NCBI GenBank assembly: GCA_004764695.1
Contig: SMSO01000032.1
Span: forward strand, 5,302,483-5,366,482
Source: Schizochytrium sp. TIO01
Lineage: Eukaryota > Protista > Bigyra: Labyrinthulomycetes
Length of the DNA stretch: 64,000 bases
Direction: 5' to 3'
Under the pieces are notes generated by a model. It did not search any database. It was not told the DNA's origin and saw only the letters and a list, made by a program, of their open reading frames with translations. This document shows positions 1 to 9,694 of this stretch, in pieces. Each line of letters starts with the position of its first letter. The stretch's first letter is position 1. The translations under genes were made by a program, and so were the position numbers.

Positions 1-880
1 CTAATCTTCATCATCGCTACATGTCGATAGGCCGCCCAGCGTGAAAACAATAGAGGCAATGCAAGCAAGATAGTTGACGGCAAAGGCAGCGTCTGGAAGA
101 GACTGTCCCTGCAAAAGTTGCGTTTTACAACTGCAAAGGCGCGTCCACCTTGAAGTTGATTCTTTCTCGGCATGACATGTGATGCACATGAGGCTCCCCG
201 TGAAGTTGCCCGCCCTACATAAAACTAGAATATCGTAATAAAAGGTCTGGGTGTAGATAGATGGAATGTGCCAAAACAACCAAAGAAGAGCGATGCAAGG
301 ACTCAAGAACCCTCAAGAACCATCTCAAAACTAGGTTGATGGCTCGCCAGCGCATACATGAGTCAGATGCGTGATATTGTTAAGAGACCTAGGAGATCAT
401 CGAGACCTCGGTGGTATGTGAGCTATATTTCAAACCTTGGACCTTGAAGTATCTCTAGTGTCAAGGATACATTGAATCCGGTACAAACGATATCCCAGCA
501 ATTTACGCAAAACATACAGGCTTGGCCACGAAATTAAAATTATGAACAGAGGCTGTATGCATTATAAGACGAACGCTTCCTTGTGCACAGGCCCTGAAGC
601 TTCAAAACCTTGCGCAGAAAGACTGGGCAAATTTATTGAAGATCTCGATTATTACGAACGAGTTGTCAACGCTTGCGATTTTAAATGGCTACAAGTTGGT
701 CTTCTCTGGAAATTTTCTTGTATCAGGTAAAATCAGCATCGTAATAATATTCGAAATGATTGCAAAGATGATGACACAAATTTGCTTCGTATATTGATTT
801 GCCCGGGTCTCTTCTAGAAGTACAGCCACTTTGCACACGCCAAGAGGAGCGTAGTTTCGTACCAGAGCCTCTTCGCTGGT

Positions 881-2428
881 TCAGAGTGGGCCTTCCTTGA
901 GAGCGCCGAGAATATCGTTCTCAGTAACGTCTTGAATTAGGTCCGACTGCAATTGTTGCCTCCGAAGACCGATGTCAGAAGCTGTGGCGCGAGAAGCTCT
1001 ATATCTCGCTCGAGCCACAGATCCACGGTGCATTGCCTGGAGCTTGACGGCAGCTTGCTCGGATTCGCGAATGCTTGCGCGTACGGATCTCCCACGATGA
1101 AGAGCCTGGATCTTTCGGGCAGCAGCAGCATCATTCTGAGTGGATGGGCTAGAAGCTCCAGTTTTGCGCCTTAAAGATGCTGCAGATGACGGCCTTGCAG
1201 ACTCTGGCGTTTTGGTTCGCTGTCTGCCCTGCAATGTCGAAGATACAGTCCCAGACACTGTGCTGCTACGCTTGCCAACGCCCTGGTATTTGTTGAGAAT
1301 GGAAGTCTTGCGTTGACGGTGACCTCGCATGGTCGCTTGAAGTTTAACTGCAGCATCAATTCGCTCGTGGCGTTTTTGGTCGTACACGGTCTGAGTAACA
1401 TGGCGGCGATATTGTGTCTGCACAAGTACCGACGCGTTTTCCATCTTTTGATGAATGGCACGCTGTTTTGCAATCTTGGAGCGAAGCATGTTTTGCAGCT
1501 TCGTTGCGGCTCCCAACTCTTCACTTGCTTCGCGAAGCAGGGTCCGGACTACCCCAACAAATTTTTGGTCCAGTCGACGCCGCACATAAGCTTGAATTTT
1601 GGTTGCTGCCATATTTCGCACAGTTTGCTCAGCAGCGTGGAGCTGCTTGCGATCATAATGCGCTCGAAATCTTGACTGTATGACCACCACTGCCTGTCGC
1701 TCCCGCTCCTCACGTAAATATGATGCTAAAACCCTCACTACCTTTCGAGCAAGATACCTACGTATAAAGCACTGAAGGCGGGTTACAATAGCGTTCAGCT
1801 TTGTACCAGAGAGTCGCGACGCTGCAGATACTTTTGTGCGTCGTGTTTGTAACCCTGCAGCACGATCTGTCAGTCTTTGTAGCTGCGCTATTTGCCTTCG
1901 CAAAAGTGCCTTGCGACGCAATAACTCAGCCGCTTGCAACCCTGCAAGTTCATCATGGAAATTATGAACTGGTACGTCTTTAAGCAAACTGTCTTCCTGC
2001 CGGAGGTCTCTTCGCCGAGTAAGATATCCACGCCCAACTGCCTGAATTTGAGTTGCAGCATATTGCTCAAGTTCCGCACGAAGTCGTCGTTCATGATGTA
2101 GACGATCAAGAAACAGCTTGCGCTCCACGGCAAGCTCCCTATTTAATTTAGCAGCTGGTACGCACAGGCTAACTGGACCTGGACCACGAGCTTTGGAGGC
2201 ATTATTCTTGCGAGATTTACGTCCCTCAAAGTTGTCATTGTCTACATCGTGACCTTGATCAAGGAGCTTAGCCAAAGCTGCAGCGCTTGAGGCGGAAACT
2301 GGTAGAAGCGATGTTGTGGGCGCAATTACATCAGACCTTGTTGCCCTGTTTGCAGTAACGTAAGTCAGAGACAGTGCTGCTACAGGTTTAGGCCACAGTC
2401 CTACGGACAAGCCTATGGGACTCGACAT
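881..2428 (-). CDS. Multi-IQ-motif (calmodulin-binding) protein, possibly ciliary or cytoskeletal
   Basis: About nine IQ-like motifs: IQAVGRGYLTRR, LQCFIRRYLARK, IQSRFRAHYDRK, IQAYVRRRLDQK, LQNMLRSKIAKQ, VQTQYRRHVTQT, LQATMRGHRQRK, IQALHRGRSVRA, LQAMHRGSVARA. The ORF track starts at a GTG (2512); the first in-frame ATG is at 2428. The true start is uncertain. Confidence 0.8.
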   Translation of the reverse strand: MSSPIGLSVGLWPKPVAALSLTYVTANRATRSDVIAPTTSLLPVSASSAAALAKLLDQGHDVDNDNFEGRKSRKNNASKARGPGPVSLCVPAAKLNRELAVERKLFLDRLHHERRLRAELEQYAATQIQAVGRGYLTRRRDLRQEDSLLKDVPVHNFHDELAGLQAAELLRRKALLRRQIAQLQRLTDRAAGLQTRRTKVSAASRLSGTKLNAIVTRLQCFIRRYLARKVVRVLASYLREERERQAVVVIQSRFRAHYDRKQLHAAEQTVRNMAATKIQAYVRRRLDQKFVGVVRTLLREASEELGAATKLQNMLRSKIAKQRAIHQKMENASVLVQTQYRRHVTQTVYDQKRHERIDAAVKLQATMRGHRQRKTSILNKYQGVGKRSSTVSGTVSSTLQGRQRTKTPESARPSSAASLRRKTGASSPSTQNDAAAARKIQALHRGRSVRASIRESEQAAVKLQAMHRGSVARARYRASRATASDIGLRRQQLQSDLIQDVTENDILGALKEGPL

Positions 2429-3261
2429 GACACTCGCCTCAGCCCAAGCGGCGACTCTGCCTACAGTTCCTTGCTGCCTTGGTCTCTTGCAGTGTCTCAA
2501 ACTAAGCTCCACTTCCCATGATTAACATACTATCTGTACTTTTACTATAATTTGTATTTAAAATAAAAGTCTTCTTTCCGCAACGGATAGGTATATAGAT
2601 TTAGAATAGAAGGGTCTTACCAAAGTGCTAAGAGGAAGTACACATACCATGCATTTCCCCTACGGGATAAGCATATGAGAAGTCATCAGCTTTCAGAATA
2701 GAGCGTGATGTAGCTCTGGGATGCACTTCATTTATCGTATAAGCTTTCTCTTCTGCTGCTGATGAACTGTCTCAACAGTGCGTATTGTTTTGGAAAAAGG
2801 GCAATCGACAAAATCAAACAAGAAGTACTTGGTTAGGTAGAATTAATAGCCTAGAGCTGGTATTGCGTAAACAACTCAAGCACACAAGAAGTAAGTGAAA
2901 TTAAAAATAATAAAAAAAACTAAAGAGAGGTCAAAAGTTTGTATGTATGTTTTTTGTTTTTGTTATTTAACGCAAGGGATCCTAAACAGAGGATCGACGC
3001 AGCCCATGCTGCTATGAGCTAAAGAGCAGCTTCTCCAAATGAAATAAGTAGCAACCTCCACAATATCGAGCAGACCTTAATTATGATTTTGGAATGTGGG
3101 GCACATTGAAGTGCTCAGCAGCAGGTAAGAAAGTAGATTGGTTTGCATATATATGATGTAGTATGCTAAAGACCTATCGTCGTGTGCAATACATGTTGAT
3201 GCGAAAGAGTGAACTTCAGCATTGTGAAGAATAAGAGAAGAGAAATCAAAAGTCCAATCAT

Positions 3262-5238
3262 TTACTGAGACACCTTCGTGTATTCAGCAAAACTGAGGAC
3301 CAACTTGGTCTTGCGGAGCTCCTTCTCAGACACTACACCGGGCAATCGAGCAAGGCCAAAAATGTCAAGACCCTTCTTACTTGTTCCGGCATGCAAAGCT
3401 GAGTTCGGGGCAGAGCTAGAGTCTGCGGACAAATCAATGTCAATAGATACTTGTGCATGCACAGTGGAAGCATCGACATTGGTCGACCGGCCTTGCTGAG
3501 TGCCAGGGCGAAGGCCAAGTTCGTCAGCAAGAGAGCGCTCGCCTCCATTTACACCACCGTTTGCGCCAGGGTTTTGAATGTTTGCCGTGTCGACAGCCTT
3601 ATCGATAAGTGCATCACTGTCCTTGGCTGCCATCGCTGCACCATCCTCCTCGCCTCCTGTGGACCACAAGTTAACAGGACGCGTGGGCTTTCGAGCAAAA
3701 GGATTCCAAATCGCAGCACCAGTTTCATCAACAAGTCGCGCTTGTGCGCTACCCTTAGCGAAGCGGTTAAGTTTAGCATTGCGAGCATTCACAGTTATGG
3801 TCGATATAAATGTTTTGTTGACGCGTGCATTACGTTCACGTTGAATTTCGCGAACCTCCAGAATTCGCCGTTCCACCTCCGCAACAAGATCAGCATTAGC
3901 TTCAGCCTTTGCAAGCTCGAGCTCGCGCTGGAGCTGAGTAAGCTCAGCAGCAAAGTTCACAACCTTGGAGGTCCGAAGGCGGCGCATCTTGCGCTTCTGA
4001 ATCTTGCGTTGGACCTCCTCGTTGGTCAACTGGTAGTTTGAGACAAGGTCCTTGGTGCGCGCTGCCCAATCCTTGGCATCCCTCTTGCTTGGGGCCTTCC
4101 GCGGCCAGAGTTTCTCTTCCTTCATGGTCTCCATCCAGAGCTCATATTCGCTTGCGGTAATTGGACCGTTCGAGATGCGATCGAGTTTCCAGTTTCGTGA
4201 ACTCGAGCCAAAAGCAAGGTTCAAGACCTTGTCGACTCCTTTGGCCTGTTCTACATCATACTCTGCGCAATCATCGACGCCAATGACCTGGCAGAGGCGA
4301 TAGGTGCGTCCATGGGCCGAGGATCCAAGATAGAGACGCACAAAGCTGTTCTTGACAGCTTGCTCAAAGTATGGCTCCAGAGCCCATTTTGCCAGAACTG
4401 ATCGAGTGAGCTGCATGCTTAGGACATCAGGAAGCTCTACTGGAGTCTTCCTGAGCTGTGCATCAGCCTCACTCTCCTCCTCGTCACCATAACCACGGCC
4501 ACGCCCTCCACGACGTCCACCGCGGCGTCCACCATAGCTACCTAGGGAGTCATCATCACTTCCCATGGAGTCGTCATCATCGTCGTCTTCATCTTCACTG
4601 CCGAATACATTTGTCTTACTCTTGCGCTTTGCCTTATTATTGGTAAGCCGCTTTCCGCCTTTCTTGGACTTCTTGGCACGTCCTTCTTCGTAGTCAGACC
4701 CATCGTCATCCTCCATGTCGTCGCTGGACTCGGACTCAGATTGTGATGGGATGGACTCATCCTCAGAGTCAGATACTGCCGGCTTAGACTTGGGCTTCGA
4801 CTTCATCTTTTGGAGGGCTTTAATCTCCTTCTCGCGTTCCTCCTTCTCGCGCTTCTCGAAAAGGTACGCCTCGCGCTCTAGCTCCGTCATCTTGGACACG
4901 TCCTTCTTATCACCATCCTTGAGCTCTTCTTCCTCGTCGTCGTCCTCCTCCTCAGATTTCGCAGAGGACGATTTTCTCGCAGCTGATGATGCACCTGCCT
5001 TGGAGCTCGAGCTTTTGGTTGCCTTTTTAGTGTCCTCTTCGTCGTCGCTATCGTCCTTGCTGCCCTTTTTGTCGCCGTCAAACTCCACTTCGGACTCAGA
5101 TTCTGACTCCGAGCCAGAGGAGGAGTCCGAGCCGGAGGAGGAGGAGGAGATCGAAGACTCGTCATCATCCATTGCCTTCTTGCGCTTCGCCGCGCGGGAT
5201 CCCGCGCCGCCTGCGCCGCGCTTGCCGTTGGAGCTCAT
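3262..5238 (-). CDS. RTF1: RNA polymerase-associated protein RTF1 (Paf1 complex; histone modification domain plus Plus3 domain)
   Basis: Acidic, Ser-rich N-terminus. HMD-like MTELEREAYLFEKRE. Plus3 domain QLTRSVLAKWALEPYFEQAVKNSFVRLYLG...YRLCQVIGV...LDRISNGPITASEYELW. C-terminal NPFARKPTRP motif. Confidence 0.93.
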   Translation of the reverse strand: MSSNGKRGAGGAGSRAAKRKKAMDDDESSISSSSSGSDSSSGSESESESEVEFDGDKKGSKDDSDDEEDTKKATKSSSSKAGASSAARKSSSAKSEEEDDDEEEELKDGDKKDVSKMTELEREAYLFEKREKEEREKEIKALQKMKSKPKSKPAVSDSEDESIPSQSESESSDDMEDDDGSDYEEGRAKKSKKGGKRLTNNKAKRKSKTNVFGSEDEDDDDDDSMGSDDDSLGSYGGRRGGRRGGRGRGYGDEEESEADAQLRKTPVELPDVLSMQLTRSVLAKWALEPYFEQAVKNSFVRLYLGSSAHGRTYRLCQVIGVDDCAEYDVEQAKGVDKVLNLAFGSSSRNWKLDRISNGPITASEYELWMETMKEEKLWPRKAPSKRDAKDWAARTKDLVSNYQLTNEEVQRKIQKRKMRRLRTSKVVNFAAELTQLQRELELAKAEANADLVAEVERRILEVREIQRERNARVNKTFISTITVNARNAKLNRFAKGSAQARLVDETGAAIWNPFARKPTRPVNLWSTGGEEDGAAMAAKDSDALIDKAVDTANIQNPGANGGVNGGERSLADELGLRPGTQQGRSTNVDASTVHAQVSIDIDLSADSSSAPNSALHAGTSKKGLDIFGLARLPGVVSEKELRKTKLVLSFAEYTKVSQ

Positions 5239-5500
5239 GGCGAATTAGACGACAGAAGGAATGAATATGCCACGAGACGCGAGTGAAGACAGAGAGAAAA
5301 CGAACAGAGACTGGCCCAAGGGATGATACAAGTACCCTCGCGCCCGCAAACGCGAGAGAGCTTCTGCAAGTGGGCGCGAAGTGCCACAAGCGACGATGCA
5401 GAGCACTGCAAAACCTGATTGCCCGCCGCAGCCGCAAATGGGCTGTTGATAGTTTGATTCTAACTATTCACTCCTTCGAATAATATCTGATACAGCTCCA

Positions 5501-5572
5501 AGAGAAGAACAGAACAAAAGAGAACAGAACAGAACAGAAAATAAAAGAACATATTGTAGATCAGAACAGAAC
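5501..5572 (+). repeat. Imperfect (AGAAC)n pentanucleotide microsatellite in the RTF1/LRR divergent spacer
   Basis: agaagaacagaacaaaagagaacagaacagaacagaaa...agaacagaac. Confidence 0.6.
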
Positions 5573-6037
5573 GAAATATGTCTTATCACATCTGATATGG
5601 AAAGCCAACTGCGCAACGCAAAATGCAAACGGATAGATTGCACGCGGAGGAAGGCTTGCGAGAAATGGATACCCATATTGAGGCGTAAGTTAAGGAATGG
5701 TTAAAAGGAAGAATAGGAAAGGGTATGAGATGTACTGATGTTCAGTCTTTTCTCTGGTGGCGTGGCAAAGGTTTGAGGATCGTGAAACTCTTGACCAAAG
5801 AGGTCTGAGCGTGTTTGGCGAATTCGAGGGCCGGCCAAATATATTCTAGGAAGGTTGGGATATGCGAGGTTGAGAAGTTCTAGCAGAGATATAAAGGTGT
5901 GTTCTGCGTTTTGGGTAGTCACACGATCGAACCCTGCAGCGCGTGCCTAGAAGATTTGACGTAGTACTGGAATTACGACGTAGTACGCAGGCAAGGCTGC
6001 GCGAAGAAGATTGAGAGAACTTTAAAGGGCGAGGAGA

Positions 6038-7315
6038 ATGGCCAAAGGCAAGAGTGATGCCAAGGCGAGCGCTGATGGTACGTAGTCGAACAGAGAGAAG
6101 TAACTAGGCAAGATCACATGAAAAGGGTACCCCAGGAACAAAGTGCCACCTATAGACCCATCTCAATTCGAGTGGCGCCTCAGAGATGGACTAACAATCG
6201 AAATTTGGGTTTGTTATGGACCTCATACAGATGGAAGCGCTGATCCAGTGGCGTTGCTCAGAAACTATGCGGTAGTCTGCAAGTAAGTTTCTCCAAAAAT
6301 GATCAAAATGCACATAGCAAGAAATGTGAGAAAACTAGTGCTAATGAATGCCTTACGCGTAACATCGTAAATAACACAAATATCTGACATTCCAAACATT
6401 AGGTTGTACGGTATCAAGCCTCATCCGGATGTAGTGGAGTCTATCGAGACGGAGGGAACCTTGGACCACATTTGCGTAGATGCTGAGCTTGGACCCATTG
6501 GTACCCAAGCAGTGACGAAGGCTTTGAGTGCCACTGCAGAAGGTCTTGGTGCGCCATACAAGCAGCTAACAACACTTCGACTGTTGCGTTCAAATGTTGG
6601 AGAGGAAGGAAGCCGCGCTGTGGCTGAATATTTACTTATGGGCAAGGGGCCAGAAACAGATCGTATTTGTATCATGCAATTTTTACAGCTCCTAGACTGT
6701 AATATTACTCCTCTTTCATGCCAATATCTGAGTGATGCACTCGCCATCAATCGAACTCTTTTGACTCTAAACCTTGATCATAACACTATGCTAGGTAGTG
6801 CTGGGCTAAAAGCTCTAGCAAATGGGCTATGTACAAACAATGTAATCAAACGATTGAGTCTTGCTTATTGTGGAATTGATGAAAATGCTGGACGCCCAGT
6901 GAAAAACATTTTGCTCACTTTAGGATCTCAGCTTGAGGAACTTAACCTGCGTGGAAACTCTCTTGGTCCTCAAGGGTTGCAAACCATTGCACGTGCGCTG
7001 GCGGTAAACAAAACTCTTCGATCTCTTGACTACAGTGATAACGCTGTAGAGCTCGATATCCCAGCACTTTTGGCGCTTGCTGATGCACTCAAGGTGAACA
7101 ACACTCTGTTAGAGCTCAAATTTGATGAAAATCCCATTGGTGAAAAGGGTGCTCAGGCTCTATTTGATACTGGGGTATTTGACAAAAAAGAAGGCAATAC
7201 GAGCCTTAAAATTTTCACCGTGGATGTTAAAATCCCGGAGATGCTCTTCGAAGCTTTGTTCCGTGGAGGCGGTGGAGGCGGTAAGAAAGGCGGTAAAAAG
7301 GGTAAAAAGAAGTAA
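6038..7315 (+). CDS. RNI-like leucine-rich repeat protein with a basic C-terminal tail; 3 exons (6038-6077, 6231-6282, 6403-7315)
   Basis: Splicing gives one continuous frame, MAKGKSDAKASADDGSADPVALLRNYAVVCKLYGIKPHP... RI-like LRRs include LLTLNLDHN, IKRLSLAYCGI, LEELNLRGNSLG, LRSLDYSDNAV and LLELKFDENPIG. The protein ends GGGGGGKKGGKKGKKK. Confidence 0.85.
6078..6230 (+). other. Spliceosomal intron 1 of the LRR gene
   Basis: GTACGT donor, CTAAC branch point at 6191, CAG acceptor. Phase 1 preserves the frame. Confidence 0.8.
6283..6402 (+). other. Spliceosomal intron 2 of the LRR gene
   Basis: GTAAGT donor, CTGAC branch-like motif near 6384, TAG acceptor. Phase 2 joins to the long ORF frame. 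Confidence 0.85.
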
Positions 7316-7610
7316 AATGATTATATTGCATATACAAATATATTCGTCTTCGCTCGCAAGTTTTCTCGCAGCACATTTGACATGCTGTGATGCGCTTGGA
7401 TTTATTGAGAGAAAATTTAGTGCAAATCAGTCCAATACATGATTGTCATGTCACATCATTTGGAAGCTGAAAAAATCAAAGCCCAAAAATATGAACCTCG
7501 TTGAACAAATGCAAACTAATAAATCAGATTTCAGATTTCTTGGCATCCACCTTTTTTAGGAAAAAACAAAACAAAAGCAAAAGGCCTCAGGGCAGCAATA
7601 TGAATTACTA

Positions 7611-8753
7611 TTATTTTCGAGGCTGTCGCGCATCAATGTTAGGTTCTTCCATACTACCATATGTGAGAGGGCGAGGTATCTCGCCCGTTCGGAAAGTTTT
7701 GAGCAACTCCCCTGCTCCTCCAGATAAAAGTTCTTTAGCCAAAGCTTCTCCAAGGGCTTCAGGTTGGTTTTGACTGCCGATCATGGCCTTCTCAACAAAT
7801 GAGGACCCATCAATTTGAAGCACAATGCAGGAAAGTTCAAGTTTATCATCCTGCAGAACATTGCTGGACACACCAAGAGGAATTTGACAACCACCCTGTA
7901 AAGCACGAAGTAACGCACGCTCCGCAAGGCATCTTGCTGTTGTCTCTGGGTGCGATAGTGATTTAAGAAGTTTGATCGTACGTTCATCGTTAGCTCGGCA
8001 TTGCAGGCCCAGCGCACCTTGCCCCACGCTATACATGAATTTGGGAGGAGTCAGTACTTCCTCAATACGATTTTCAAAAGAGGGGCCAAGCCGCTTAAGT
8101 CCAGCCACAGCCAAAATGATGGCGTCGAACTCTCCACTATCAAGTTTAGCAAGTCGGGTGCTTAAGTTTCCGCGCACAATATCTACTTTGAGGTGTGGGT
8201 AATCTCTCAAAATAATGGCTTCCCGACGAACAGAGCTTGTACCGATCTTTGCGCCCTTAGGAAGGCCAGCAAGGCCACCTTTGCCGAGATGCTTCTTGTG
8301 AACAACAAGTGCATCGTGCGGTTCTTCTCGCTCTGTAATGGCTGCAAGGATAAGGCCATCGGGCAAGGTCGTGGGCATGTCTTTAAGGCAGTGAACCACA
8401 GCATCGTATTGACCAGACAGAAGCCCTGCCTCAAGCTCCTTTGTAAAGACACCTGGTGTTTTTGCAGCAAGGTCTTTCAAAGATTCTCCCAAGGTTTTAT
8501 CACCGAAGGATTGCACTCCTTTTTGAACTTTCACGTTGAGCCCCGGATGCCGTTCTGTGAGCAGCTTTTGGATGTGCCAGGTTTGCACCATCGCGAGGTC
8601 ACTCTTCCGGGAGCATATCAACAAATCAGAATGATTATTCTCTACAGAGTTTTTATATTCTTTATTTGCCATGCGTCGCATTCGCATCGTGAGTAACGTT
8701 GCCAACGTTGCCAAAGCCCAGCCGAGCTCTGTCGTAAAGGATTGTAATTCCAT
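7611..8753 (-). CDS. hemC: Porphobilinogen deaminase (hydroxymethylbilane synthase), tandem copy A
   Basis: Motifs SRKSDLAMVQ, FTKELE, VHCLKDMPT, GTSSVRR, RGNLSTRLAKLD, YSVGQGAL, and the cofactor Cys in LQGGCQIP. Short hydrophobic N-terminal extension. Confidence 0.95.
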   Translation of the reverse strand: MELQSFTTELGWALATLATLLTMRMRRMANKEYKNSVENNHSDLLICSRKSDLAMVQTWHIQKLLTERHPGLNVKVQKGVQSFGDKTLGESLKDLAAKTPGVFTKELEAGLLSGQYDAVVHCLKDMPTTLPDGLILAAITEREEPHDALVVHKKHLGKGGLAGLPKGAKIGTSSVRREAIILRDYPHLKVDIVRGNLSTRLAKLDSGEFDAIILAVAGLKRLGPSFENRIEEVLTPPKFMYSVGQGALGLQCRANDERTIKLLKSLSHPETTARCLAERALLRALQGGCQIPLGVSSNVLQDDKLELSCIVLQIDGSSFVEKAMIGSQNQPEALGEALAKELLSGGAGELLKTFRTGEIPRPLTYGSMEEPNIDARQPRK

Positions 8754-9694
8754 GCTTGACAGGGCGTGGCAAACAAAAACTCAGGCTTCCTGAGCCCTAG
8801 TTTAAGAGTCTGTGTCAAACCGCCTCTGTATGAAGTAGCGGTACGAATTGATTTCTGATTTACAACAGCTGTGATCAGGTTTTTTCTTCATCTTCTAGAT
8901 CTTTGCAGCAAAGCGCAAAATGCCTCAGATATGAGAATTGTATCGAGCACGAGTCGCACTGAATAACAAGTGTTTCTTTTTAAATTTAAAAAAAAGAAAA
9001 AAAAAAAGCACACAAAGAACCATGCTAGTGGATCACAACACCAAAAATACATATAATATAAAATGCAATCGAAAACTCGGGCAGATTTAATCTTGAAAGC
9101 TATTAAGTCAAGAAGCTGAATCAATTTAGGTAGGTACAAACTTGATTAAGTCCTTCTTACTAGTGTTATTTAAGTTACTGTTAGGTATTCTAAAGAACGT
9201 TACCTGGAGCAAAATGTTAGTTCTTTGGAATAGTGCGTCACCACGTTTTAGTATTCCATAGGACGTTGGTTCACTATAACACTCCGTTTGACCATGCTTG
9301 CAACTTTTGACGAGATCATGGATATGCTGGGCTCAAGAACTGAAACCGTCAAATAACACCCTTTAAAGTCTTCATATAGGCTATTTGAAGAACAATTTGC
9401 TATTTGCTAGGATAAAGAACACTAAAGACCTAAATCATCGGCAGCGATAAGGGATCAATTTTAGTTATTTGTTTAGTCTTTTCCGTGTATTCATAAATGT
9501 GTGAAAGTTGAAGAAGCACGCAAAGAAGATGAGTGTGAATTGCGTCCAAAACAATCAAATGGGATAGGATTTTTTGATCAACTGGGTACATCATTGCGAA
9601 GCCTTGCATACAGTTATCTTTTTCTCAAACTCCTTACTTTGAGGTCTTTGAAAAGACAACAAATGCTTAGTTGTTGCTGTTCCCAAGGTTCTAT

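Noticed and set aside
1-880. Short ORFs 1..306 (-) and 542..730 (+)
   Set aside because: No recognisable motifs and neighbouring frames are full of stops. They could be UTR or part of a gene outside the window, but cannot be supported.
4715-5248. Ser-rich antisense ORFs over RTF1, and similar ones at 11954-12619 and 25092-25619
   Set aside because: They are antisense shadows of acidic, low-complexity coding regions.
5258-5266. TCATTCC initiator-like motif upstream of RTF1, and recurring GAATGAAT words in spacers
   Set aside because: Too short and frequent to call without TSS data.
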